Source of the DNA: the human T2T-CHM13v2.0 reference genome, Homo sapiens
Strand: one strand, 5' to 3'
Assembly: GCF_009914755.1 (NCBI RefSeq)
Contig: NC_060928.1
DNA: 64,000 nucleotides
The notes beneath the pieces were generated by a model, which saw only the letters and a list, made by a program, of their open reading frames with translations, made no database searches and had not been told where the DNA came from. Below are positions 1 through 11,056 of the stretch, in pieces. A program made the position numbers and the translations under genes. Each line of letters opens with the position of its first letter. The stretch's first letter is position 1.

Positions 1-619
1 GACCTCAAACTAACTTTATAGAAGTCTAAGAGAGAGAGATTTAGCTTAATTAATATGTTAAAATCATACAGGAAACATTGTCAAAAATAAAACTGTGTTC
101 AACTTTTTTTGGTTTATATTTATGTAAATGTGTTATTAGTATGTGTTCCAAAATTGTGAGATTTCTGTAATTCTGATACATATTAGTATACGTTATCAGT
201 AGTAATTATAATTATTATGTTAAATTGTTATATACCACAGAAATAACCAAATTTCTTTGTCAATTGTGTCTTTGACCATGACTGCTCTAAGACTTTTGTT
301 ATCTAAAATTATTTTACTGTGATCTTTTTAAAAAGACAGCTTAATTATAAACTAATTATAGTTAAAGGATTCTTACAGATGCTCTTGAATGCAGGTTTCT
401 GATAACTTTAGAAATTTGCCATTGGAATAGAGAAAAAAGCATCTAGGACTCATGATGTGTTCATGAGGCTTGCTGGCCCAATACTGAGCAGAACAGGGGC
501 AAACCGTGAAACTGCCTTTGCAAAAATTATAACTGAAGAAATTGTGACAGTGAAAGAGATCAGACCTAACAGACTCTATCTTGCTTCTAACCTCTAAGCT
601 GTTCTTGTTCATTCCTGAG

Positions 620-1030
620 TGTCAGGCCTCTGAGCCCAAGCTAAGCCATCATGTCTCCTGTGACCTGCACGTACACATCCAGGTGGCTGGTTCCTGCCTT
701 AACTGATGGCATTCCACCACAAAAGAAGTGAAAATGGCCTGTTCCTGCCTTAACTGATGACATTGTCTTGTGAAATTCCTTCTCCTGGCTCATCCTGACT
801 CAAAAGCTCCCCTACTGAGCACCTTGTGACCACTACTCTGCTTGCCAGAGAATGACCCCCCTTTGACTATAATTTTCCTTTATCTACCCAAATCTTATAA
901 AACGGCCCCACCCCTATCTCCCTTCGCTGACTCTCTTTTCGGACTCAGCCCGCCTGCACCCAGGTGATTAAAAGCTTTATTGCTCACACAAAGCCTATTT
1001 GGTGGTCTCTTCACACGGACGTGCATGAAA
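620..1030 (+). promoter_or_regulatory. 5' LTR7 of HERV-H
   Basis: TGTCAGGCCTCTGAGCCCAAG…GCATGAAA; TATAAAA at ~896; ATTAAA poly(A) signal at ~967. Confidence 0.96.
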
Positions 1031-1032
1031 TT

Positions 1033-1050
1033 TGGTGCCATGACTCGGAT
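1033..1050 (+). other. Primer binding site, tRNA-His
   Basis: TGGTGCCATGACTCGGAT, one CpG-type mismatch to TGGTGCCGTGACTCGGAT. Confidence 0.93.
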
Positions 1051-1172
1051 GGGGGACCTCCCTTGGGAGATCAATCCCCCGTCCTCCTACTCTTTGTTCT
1101 GTGAGAAAGATCCACCTATGATCTCAGGTCCTCAGACCAACCAGCCCAAGAAACATCTCACCAATTTCAAAT

Positions 1173-1181
1173 CCGGTAAGT
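1173..1181 (+). promoter_or_regulatory. HERV-H major splice donor
   Basis: CCG|GTAAGT at the canonical leader position (aatttcaaatccggtaag). Confidence 0.8.
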
Positions 1182-1520
1182 GGCCTCTTTTTACTCTCTT
1201 CTCCAACCTCCCTCACTATCCCTCAACCTCTTTCTCCTTTCAATCTTGGTGCCACACTTCAATCTCTCCCTTCTCTTAATTTCAATTCCTTTCATTTTCT
1301 GGTAGAGACAAAGGAGACACGTTTTATCCATGGACACAAAACTCCGGCACCGGTCACGGACTAGGGAAGGCAGCCTTCCCTTGGTGTTTAATCATTGCAG
1401 GGATGCCTCTCTGATTATTCACCCAGGTTTCAGAGGTGTCAGACCACGCAGGGACGCCTGCCTTGGTCCTTCACCCTTAGCAGCAAGCCCTGCTTTTCTG
1501 GGGGAGGGGCAAGTACCCCA

Positions 1521-1810
1521 ACCTCATATCTCTGCACCCCGATCCCTTATTTCCGCGCTCTGACCTCTTATATCTCTGTGCCCGATCCCTTATTTCCGCG
1601 CTCTGACCTCTTATATCTCTGTGCCCCGATCCCTTATTTCCACGCTTTGACCTCTTATATCTCTGTGCCCTGATCCCTTATTTCCGCGCCCCAACCTCTT
1701 ATATCTCTGCACCCCAATCCCTTATTTCCGTGCCCCAACCTCTTATATCTCTGTACCCCAATCCCTTATTTCCACACCCCGACCTTGTATTTCTGTGCCC
1801 CAAACCCTTC
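1521..1810 (+). repeat. Tandem repeat of ~44 bp, ~6.5 copies, in the HERV-H leader
   Basis: Units approximating CCTCTTATATCTCTGYRCCCCRATCCCTTATTTCCRCGCYCYRA. Confidence 0.9.
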
Positions 1811-2019
1811 TCTGCTTTTCTGGAGGGTAAGAACCCCTGAACCCCTTCCCTCCGTGTCTCTACTCTCTCTTTTCTCTGGGCTTGCCTCCTTCACTATGGG
1901 CAACTTTCCACCCTCCATTTCTCCTTCTTCTCCCTTAGCCTGTGTTCCTAAGAACTTAAAACCTCTTCAACTCTCACCTGACCTAAAACCTAAGCATCTT
2001 ATTTTCTTCTGCAATACCA

Positions 2020-3102
2020 CTTGACCCCAATACAAACTCGACAGTAGTTCCAAATAGCCAGAAAATGGCACTTTCAATTTTTCCATCCTGCAAGATCTAA
2101 ATAATTCTTGTTGTAAAATAGGCAAATGGTCTGAGGTGCCTGACATCCTGGCATTCTTTTACACATCGGTCCCTCCCTAGTGTCTGTGCCCAGCACAACT
2201 CATCCCAAATCTTCCTTCTTTCTCTCCCGCCTGTCCCCTCAGTCCCAACCCCAAGCGTCGCTGAGTCTTTCTAATCTTCCTTTTCTACAGACCCATCTGA
2301 CCTCTCCCCTCCTCCCCAGGCTGCTGCTCGCCAGGCTGAGCTAGGTCCCAATTCTTCCTCAGCCTTCTCTCCTCCGCTCTATAATCCTTTTACCACCTCC
2401 CCTTCTCACACCCAGTCTGGCTTACAGTTTCGTTCCGTGACTAGCCCTCCCCCACCTGCCCAGCAATTTACTCTTAAAAAGGTGGCTGGAGCTAAATGCA
2501 TAGTCAAGGTTAATGCTCCTTTTTCTTTATCCCAAATCAGATAGCGTTTAGGCTGTTTTTCATCAAATATAAAAATCTAGCCCAGTTCATGACTCGTTTG
2601 GCAGCAACCCTGAGACACTTTACAGCCCTAGATCCTAAAATGTCAAAAGGCCGTCTTATTCTCAAAATGCATTTTATTATCCAATCTGCTCCCGACATTA
2701 CATAAAACTTCAAAAATTAAATTCCAGCCCTCAAACCCCATAAGAGGATTTAATTAACTTTGCCTTCAAGGTGTACAATAATAGAAAAAAGTCGCAATTC
2801 TTGCCTCCACTGTGAGACAAACCCCAGCCACATCTCCAGCACACAAGAACTTCCAAACGCCTGAGCTGCATTGGCCAGGCCTTCCTCCAGAACCTCCTCC
2901 CCCAGGAGCTTGCTACAAGTGCCAGAAATCTGGCCACCAGGCCAAGGAATGCCTGCAGCCCAGGATTCCTCCTAAGCCGTGTCCCATCTGTGCAGGACCC
3001 CACTGGAAATCAGACTGTCCAACTCACCTGGCAGCCACTCCCAGAGCCCCTGGAACTCTGGCCCAAGGCTCTCTGACTCCTTCCCAGATCTTCTTGGCTT
3101 AG
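2020..3102 (+). pseudogene. gag: HERV-H gag remnant including NC zinc knuckles
   Basis: ORF 2812-3102 contains [14 protein letters not shown] and [13 protein letters not shown]; the upstream gag is broken by stops and deletions, so the start is approximate. Confidence 0.85.
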
Positions 3103-3139
3103 CAGCTGAAGACTGATGCTGCCCAATCACCTCGGAAGC

Positions 3140-5350
3140 CCCCTAGACCATCACGGATGCCGAGCTTTGGGTAACTCTCACAGTGGAAGGTAAGTCCATC
3201 CCCTTCTTAATCAATACGGAGGCTACCCACTCCACATTACCTTCTTTTCAAGTGCCTGTTTCCCTTGCCTCCATAACTGTTGTGGGTATTGACAGCCAGG
3301 CTTCCAAACCTCTTAAAACTCCCCAACTCTGGTGCCAACTTAGACCATACTCTTTTAAGCACTCCTTTTAATTATCCCCACCTGCCCAGTTCCCTTATTA
3401 GGCTGAGACACTTTAACTAAATTATCTGCTTCCCTGACTATTCCTGGATTACAGCTACATCTCATTACTGCCCTTCTTCCCAATCCAAAACCTCCTTTGT
3501 GTCCTCCTCTTGTATTCCCCCACCTTAATCCACAACTATAAGATACCTCTACTCCCTCCTTGGTGACCGATCATGCACCCCTTACCATCTCATTAAAGCC
3601 TAATCACCCTTACCCCGCTCAATGCCAATATCCCATCCCACAGCATGCTTTGAAAGGATTAAAGCCTGTTATCACTCGCCTGCTACAGCATGGCCTTTTA
3701 AAGCGTATAAACTCTTCTTACAATTCCCCCATTTTACCTGTCCTAAAACCAGACAAGCCTTACAAGTTAGTTCAAGATCTATGCCTTATCAACCAAATTG
3801 TTTTGCCTATCCACCCCATGGTGCCAAACCCATATACTCTCCTACCCTCAATACCTCCCTCCACAATCCATTATTCTGTTCTGGATCTCAAACATGCTTT
3901 CTTTACTATTCCTTTGCACCCGTCGTCCCAGCCTCTCTTCGCTTTCACTTGGACTGACCCTGACACCCATGAGGCTCAGCAAATTACCTGGGCTGTACTG
4001 CCACAAAGCTTCACAGACGGCCCCCATTACTTCAGTCAAGCCTAAATTTCTTCCTTATCTGTTACCTATCTCAGCATAATTCTCATAAAAACACATGTGC
4101 TCTCCCTGCTGATCATGTCTGATTAATCTCCCAAACCTCAATCCCTTATAAAACAACAACTCCTTTCCTTCCTAGGCATGGTTAGTGTGGTCAGAATTCT
4201 TACGCAAGAGCCAGGACTGCACCCTGTAGCCTTTCAGTCCAAACAACTTGATCTTACTGTTTTAGCCTAGCCATCATGTCTCCGTGCAGTGGCTGCTGCC
4301 GCCCTGGTACTTTTAGAGGCCCTCAAAATCACAAACTATGCTCAACTTACTCTCTACATTTCTCATCACTTCCAAAATCTATTTTCTTCCTCATACCTGA
4401 CACATATACTTTCTGCTTCCTGGCTCCTTCAGCTGTACTCACTCTTCGTTAAGTCCCACAATTACCATTGTTCCTGGCCCAGACTTCAATCCGGCCTCCC
4501 ACATTATTCCTGATACCAGACCTGACCCCCATGACCGTATCTCTCTGATCCACCTGACATTCACCCCATTTCCCCATTTTTCCTTCCTTCCTGTTCCTCA
4601 CCCTGATCACACTTGATTTATTGATGGCAGTTCCAACAGGCCTAATTGCCACACACCAGCAAAGGCAGACTATGCTATAGAACAAGCCACTAGCCTGCCT
4701 TTTAGAACCTCTCATTTCTTTCCATCGTGGAAATCTATCCTCAAAGAAATAACTTCTCAGTGTTCTATCTGCTATTCTACTACTCCTCAGGGGTTATTCA
4801 GGCCCCCTCCCTTCCCTACACATCAAGCTCGAGGATTTGCCCCCACCCAGGACTGGCAAATTAGCTTTACTCAATAAGCCCCGAGTCCGATAACTAAAAT
4901 ACCTCTTAGTCTAGGTAGACACTTTCACTGGATAGGTAGAGGCCTTTCCTACAGGGTCTGAGAAGGCCACCGCAGTCATTTCTTCCCTTCTGTCAGACAT
5001 AATTCCTCAGTTTAGCCTTCCCACCTCTATACAGTCTGATAATAGACCAGACTTTATTAGTCAAATCAGCCAAGCAGTTTTTCAGGCTCTTAGTATTCAG
5101 TGAAAACTTTATATCCCTTACAGTCCTCCATCTTCAGGAAAAGTAGAACAGACTAATGGTCTTTTAAAAACACACCTCACCAAGCTCAGCCACCAACTTA
5201 AAAAGGACTGGACAATACTTTTAGCACTTTCCCTTCCCAGAAGTCAGACCTGTCCTCAGAATGCTACAGGGTACAGCCCATTTGAGCTCCTGTATAGACG
5301 CTCCTTTTCATTAGGCCCAAGTCTCATTCCAGACACCAGACCAACTTAGA
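3140..5350 (+). pseudogene. pol: HERV-H pro-pol remnant (protease, partial RT, RNase H and integrase fragments)
   Basis: FLINTEATHS is a decayed DTGA site. RT motifs YNSPILPVLKP, LVQDL, VLDLKHAFF and WAVLPQSF lie in ORF 3560-4045; there is no YxDD. Integrase-like DTFTG, QSDN and SSGKVE segments lie at ~4850-5170. Confidence 0.9.
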
Positions 5351-5939
5351 CTATGCCCCCCAAAAAACTTTTCATCCCTACTGTCTTCTGTCTAGTCATA
5401 CTCCTATTCACTGTTCTCAACTACTCATACATGCCCTGCTCTTGTTTACACTGCCAGTTTACACTGTTTCTCCAAGCCATCACAGCTGATATCTCCTGGT
5501 GCTATCCCCAAACTTCCACTCTTAACTCTTGAAGTAAATAAATAATCTTTGCTGGCAGGACTATGTTGAATCTCCTTAGGCACTCTGTGATCAGATGTCC
5601 TGGGTCCTCCCAATTCTTAGACCTTTTATACCTGTTTTTCTCCTTCTCTTATTCCATTTAGTTTTTCCATTCATACAAAACCATATCCAGGCCATCACCA
5701 ATAATTCTACATGACAAATGTTTCTTCTAACAACCCCACAATATCATCCCTTACCACAAAATCTTCCTTCAGCTTAATCTCTCCCACTCTAGGTTCCCAC
5801 GCCACCCCTAATCCCGCTTGAAGCAGCCCTGAGAAGCATCGCCCATTATCTCTCCATACCATCCCCAAAAAGTTTTCACCATCCCAACACTTTACCACTA
5901 TTTCATTTTATTTTTCTTATTAATATAAGAAGACAGGAA

Positions 5940-6350
5940 TGTCAGACCTCTGAGCCCAAGCTAAGCCATCATATCCCCTATGACCTGCACATACACATCC
6001 AGATGGCTGGTTCCTGCCTTAACTGATGACATTCCACTACAAAAGAAGTGAAAATGGCCTGTTCCTGCCTTAACTGATGACATTGTCTTATGAAATTCCT
6101 TCTCCTGGCTCATCCTGGCTCAAAAGCTCCCCTACTGAGCACCTTGTGACCCCTACTCTGCCTGACAGAGAACAACCCCCATTTGACTGTAATTTTCCTT
6201 TATCTACCCAAATCTTATAAAATGGCCCCACTCCTATCTCCCTTCACTGACTCTCTTTTCGGACTCAGCCCACCTGCACCCAGGTGATTAAAAGCTTTAT
6301 TGCTCACACAAAGCCTGTTTGGTGGTCTCTTCACACGGACGTGCATGAAA
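5940..6350 (+). promoter_or_regulatory. 3' LTR7 of HERV-H
   Basis: 411 bp, colinear with the 5' LTR; 22 substitutions by manual count and no indels. Confidence 0.96.
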
Positions 6351-8519
6351 CTGAGTGTAGGCCAAGTTAGCCTTGGGAAAGGATTTAGTTTATAGTTTAA
6401 TCCTGAAACAAAACTGTTAATAGCCCTTTCCTGAAAAAACTCCCTTTTTGCCTATGAATCAGTCTGCCTTTGTAGGACTAACAAATCAGCTACAAGATTA
6501 GAAATTACCATTTAGGAGCCTTGCAGCCTCTGGCTGCAAGAGTCTCAACCTCCTCAAATTGCTCCTGGGATTAACATCACTGTTGTAAAACCTAAGATCA
6601 GTGCTTAAGATATTTCACAAACCCTGCATTCTGATGTACCAGCTGACATGGCCCAGACCAGTAATCTGGCTCAACCAGTTCTGCAATCCCACACAGGAAC
6701 AGATGTCAGCAAGAAGAACTCATCTCAGCCCCTTATGATTTCATCTCCAGCCCAATCTATCAGTACTCCTCACTTCCCAATCATCTACCCACCAAATTAT
6801 CCTTAAAAACTCCAATCCCAAGTTTTCATTTTTGGGGAGACCGATTCGAGTAATAATAAAATTCTGGTCTCCCCACACAGCTTGGTCTGAGTGAATTACT
6901 CCATCTCCATTGCAATTCTCCTGTCTCAATAAATTGGCTCTGTCTAGGCAGCAGGCAAGGTGAACCCATGGGGCAGTTACAATTGCATGGACTGAGCTAA
7001 TAGAAGACTGAAATAATTTTTTTATGACTTCTTGTGTTTGAAACATTGCTAATTCTTTTTGTTTTACAGAATCAAGAAAATCTTTTTTGAGTTACTTACA
7101 GCTTTTAACAATTGATTAGAGCAAAATTTGAAACACATTTCTTTCTTTCTACTTGATTTTTCCAGAATTTGAAAGCTATTTGTGAGTATTCTTAACTTAT
7201 GGTAATATAGTTATTTGCATAAATTCAGTAAGATCTATTTTCTTTTGTAACAGGACACAGTTGGAGGCACTGGCTCTTTTACCAAGGCTTTAATTGGAAG
7301 GGTATATTTTCAGATATGAGCAGATTTCTGTGAGGAATTGAGATTGACTTATAGATCTGATAAAAGTTCTTTGGAAAAACTGACCTCAAACATTTTCTAT
7401 GTAGTTCCTTTACAGATTTCCTTACATGTTCCTGACTTGTGGTAAGTAAAGAATGTCACTTTCTCACAGGCCCAGGAACCCCAAGTTATTTTGGGATTTC
7501 AAGAAGAGAGAAGTTTCCCAATTCATACAGGTATCTGCAGGGATAAATACTTGGCTGTGTTCATGACTTTTAAAAGGTCTAATTTGTGATTCTTTATGAA
7601 AAAAGATTCCAGAAAAGCCAACTTACAACAGTCTGTATGACAAATAATTATTCTGCCTGCACTTTATGCAAATAATCAGGCCAAGTATAATAAGACTAAA
7701 CTAATTTTGCTAAGAAATTGATCCTACTATGATTTTGTCTTTAGTAATATTGGAAGATTGGGGACAGAAAAATTATGTTTCAAAGGAAACTATGGTATAA
7801 CTGTTATTGGATTTTAACCTTATCCATTGCATTCAGTTTTGATTATTTTCTACCATTTGGACTGGATCCTAATTTTTTTTTTTTTGAAGTCGCCAAGCTA
7901 AAATGTTCAATTTCTGCCCTCCAATTTTTTTTAACTTGAAATCACTAGAAATTAAAACTCTGCTTTTCTTAAAGCTCTGCAAACTGAAGCTATACAACTT
8001 AAACTCCAGGAGAAAATAACAGCAACTTATATATAAACAAGCTTCAAGCCTGCTTGCTAATGTAAAGACTTCTCAGAAAGTTAGCCTGAATGCCCGGTTT
8101 GAATTACAATCCAGAAGAATTTGTCAGATTGTCGTTGCAATCTGAAGATGCCTCAGAGACCTTAGGAAAGCAGTCTATAGACTGCTCCAACCATTAACCT
8201 TGTTTATTCTTCTGCTTTTATAGAAATACCTTTTTTAGAGATCCTATTGCCTATATCATATATAGAGGTCTAGCCCATCTGCAATGCCACCTCTCAGAAT
8301 GGGACACAGTTGTTTAATGGAACTCATCTATTCTCAGTATTCAGAGACTGACTAAAGAAGATATGGGAAGATATATTTAAATTTGCTCCTTTCTATTTAT
8401 CTCAGTTTGTCTTTCTACTCCTTTCTCTATCTCTGTCTAACAATCTCTAGATCAAATCTCTCCAAAGCTATCAGCTTGGTTTTTGATATGAAACTTATTT
8501 TAAATTGCAAATAGGAGAC

Positions 8520-9079
8520 TGAAGGAAATTAAAATATTTTACCCCCAAATATATTTATTTGATGTATTTTGAAATGGCTGCCTCTTGGCCATCCTATTAG
8601 AGGTGGCATTGCAAAACTATCTTAAGTGGGGAAAATTTGCATCTGCAGAGAATCTCCCTTAATGCAGCCATGCCTCCCTCCCCTTCCTATTCCTTTCCCT
8701 GGGTCCAGGAGAGACTGACAGTCTGACATCTTTTAAAGTCTGAAAGGAAACATTTACCATCTGTTTCCTCTGAAGGGGGCTTCCTCCACATAACAAGGCC
8801 ATCTTTGCTAGCCAAACTTCTTCTTTTCTCTCTTAACACCTCTTGCCACTGAAGCTGATTTAGCTGTTTCTGGCAATCCTCTGAGTGTGCTTTCTTTACA
8901 GTGGCCTCAGGATGGTATGTAAGTGTCTGTAACTCATTGGGATGTTGGGTCTTCATTCTGAAGGCTCCCTTCTATATATTGTTAAATAAATTTGTATGCC
9001 CTTTCTTTCATTAATCAATCTGCCTCCTGTCAGTGATTTTTTAGCAGTCATTTAGGGGGCCAAGAACATTTGGCCCTCA
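8520..9079 (+). mobile_element. ERV1 LTR (MER34/MER39/LTR48-like), 3' LTR of the MER4-group element
   Basis: TGAAGGAAATTAAAATATTTTACCCCCAAATATATT… to …TTTGGCCCTCA; AATAAA at ~8985; preceded by a PPT-like tract. Confidence 0.65.
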
Positions 9080-9223
9080 TGCCTTTTTAATTTATTTCCT
9101 TTCATTTTTTAGAATGAACTGCTTTCCTTAGTTCCTGGAACATCTGTGGTACTCCATAAATATTTCTAGGACAAGTAAGCACTTCAATTATTTTACACTG
9201 TTTGTGGCATTTGGGTTACATAG

Positions 9224-10537
9224 TGATATGGTTTGGATTTGTCCCCACCCACATCTCATCTTGAGTTGTAATTCACACAGTTCACACATGTCATAGGAGG
9301 AATCCAGTGGGAGGTGTTCGAATTATGGGTGCGGGTCTTTCTTGCACTGTTTTTGTGATAGTGAATGAGTTTCATGAGATCTGATGGTTTTAAAACACGA
9401 GTTTCTCTGCACAAGCTCTCTGTTGCCACCCATGTGAGATGTGACTTGCTCCTCCTTGCCTTCCACCATGATTGTGAGGCCTCCCCAGCTACATGAAACT
9501 GTGAGTCCAATTAAACCTCTTTCTTTTGTAAATTGCCCAGTCTTGGGTATGTCTTCATCAGCAGTATGAAAGCAGAATAATATAATAAATTAGTACTAGA
9601 AGTGGGGTGCTGCTGAAAAGATATCCAAAAATGTGGAAGCAACTTTGGAATTGGGTAACAAGAAGAGGTTGGAACATTGTGGAGGGCTCAGAAGAAGAAA
9701 GGGAAATGTGGGAAAGTTTGTAACTCTCTAGAGACTTGTTGAATGGCTTTGGCTAAAATGCTGATAATGATATTGGCAATGAAATCCAGGCTGAGGTGGT
9801 CTCAGATGAGGAAGTTGGGAACTGGAGCAAAGGTGACTCTTGTTATGTTTTAGCAAAGAGACTGGCAGCATTTTCTCCTGCCCTAGGGATTTGTGAAACT
9901 TTGAACTTGAGAGAGAGGATTTAGGGTATCTAGTGGAAGAAACTTCTAACCAGAAAAACATTCAAGATGTGACTTGGGTGCTGTTAAAGGCATTCCATTT
10001 TATAAGAGAAGCAGAGCAAAAAAGTTCAGAAATTTGCAGCCTGACAATGTGATTGAAAAGAAAATCCCATTTTATGAGGAGAAATTCAAGCTAGCTGCAG
10101 AAATTTGCATAAGTAATGAGGAGCTGAATGTTAATTACCAAAAGAATGGGGGAAATGTCTCCAGGGCATATCAGAGACCTTCATGGTAACCCATCCTATC
10201 ACAGGCCCAGAGACCTAGAAGGAAAATGTGGTTTTGTGGGTTGGGCCCAAGCCCCCCATGCTGTGTGCAGCCTAGGGACCTGGTGCCCTGTGGCCTAGCC
10301 ACTCCAGCCATGGCTGAAAGGGGCCAATGTAGAGTTTGGGCCATGGCTTCAGAGGGTGAAAGCCTCAAGCCTTGGCAGCTTCCATGTGGTGTTGAGCCTG
10401 CCAGTGCACAGAAGTCAAGAATTGGAGTTTGGGAACCTTTGCTTAGATTTCAGAGGATGTCTGGAAACACCTCGATGTCCAGGCAGAAGTTTGCTACAGG
10501 GGCAAGACTCTCATGGAGAGCCTCTGCTAGGGCTGTG
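9224..10537 (+). mobile_element. THE1 MaLR: 5' LTR (9224-9584) plus truncated THE1-int; no 3' LTR
   Basis: TGATATGGTTTGG…CCCCACCC start; the internal part has the typical aatgtggaagcaactttggaa and gagggctcagaagaaga blocks and stops abruptly at gctagggctgtg. Confidence 0.9.
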
Positions 10538-10820
10538 TGTAATTTTGATCTGCCTCAGCTATGGGGAGACTCACCACCAGGGAGATTACCACCATCATAG
10601 CTACCATTAGATTACTCATGGTCAGCAGCTTGTTCTGAGACCTCAGTTTCTCTTCTGCAATGTGAGCTAGTCTCTTCATCTGCCCCCAGGTCAGTGGAGT
10701 TGCTTGGTGACTTTTACTGGTTTCCATCTGCTCAACAGAGATGTTTATCTGAGCCATCAGATGAACTGGGGGTGCAGGGACATTCTGAGGTCTTTTCCTC
10801 TTCCTTGGATTCTGGCTCAT
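10527..10820 (-). pseudogene. env: HML-1 env remnant: open 97-codon frame covering the signal peptide only
   Basis: [11 protein letters not shown]…[10 protein letters not shown]…[25 protein letters not shown], then QP* read from antisense THE1 sequence. Confidence 0.8.
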
Positions 10821-11056
10821 GGAACAGCTTAAGATGTCTTGTGGTACCCAGACAGGAAGCTGATTCTCTCCTGGTGAGGTACAAGCAAACCCTCGACCCC
10901 ATGTAATGATTTTGCCCTTTTCCCAGGTTTTAGTTCTGACGTCCTTCCACCACTCATGTTTTCCTTCATGAGGATTTATTTTTTGCCCTGTCAAATGCTG
11001 CTCTGCTGCCATTATAACCTGATCTCTAGACAAATCCAAAAAATTTAAAGTGATAA

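Larger units (their letters stand above)
620..6350 (+). mobile_element. HERV-H provirus, two LTRs, env-deleted common form
   Basis: Paired 411-bp LTR7s, His PBS, gag/pro/pol remnants, PPT aagaagacaggaa (5927-5939), perfect 5-bp TSD CTGAG at 615-619 and 6351-6355. Confidence 0.97.
507..6981 (+). mobile_element. LTR8/LTR8A solo LTR, split by HERV-H into 507-619 and 6351-6981
   Basis: Starts TGAAACTGCCTTTGCAAAAATTATAAC and ends GGTGAACCCATGGGGCAGTTACA; AATAAA near 6928. The two halves join across the CTGAG duplication. Confidence 0.85.
1..8519 (+). mobile_element. ERV1 MER4-group non-coding internal sequence (MER4-int/MER34-int-like), 3' part; interrupted at 507-6981
   Basis: AT-rich ORF-less sequence resembling MER4-group internals. 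It reads continuously across the LTR8 insertion (…gcagaacaggggcaaaccg | attgcatggactgagctaatagaagactg…) and ends in a purine tract (aaataggagac) before an LTR at 8520. Confidence 0.65.

Noticed and set aside
1521-1810. CRISPR-like array
   Set aside because: The repeats are contiguous with no unique spacers, lie in a HERV-H leader, and there are no cas genes; the DNA is primate.
620-6350. HERV-H as coding-competent
   Set aside because: The protease site is decayed (LINTEA), RT stops before YxDD, integrase has stops and env is absent.
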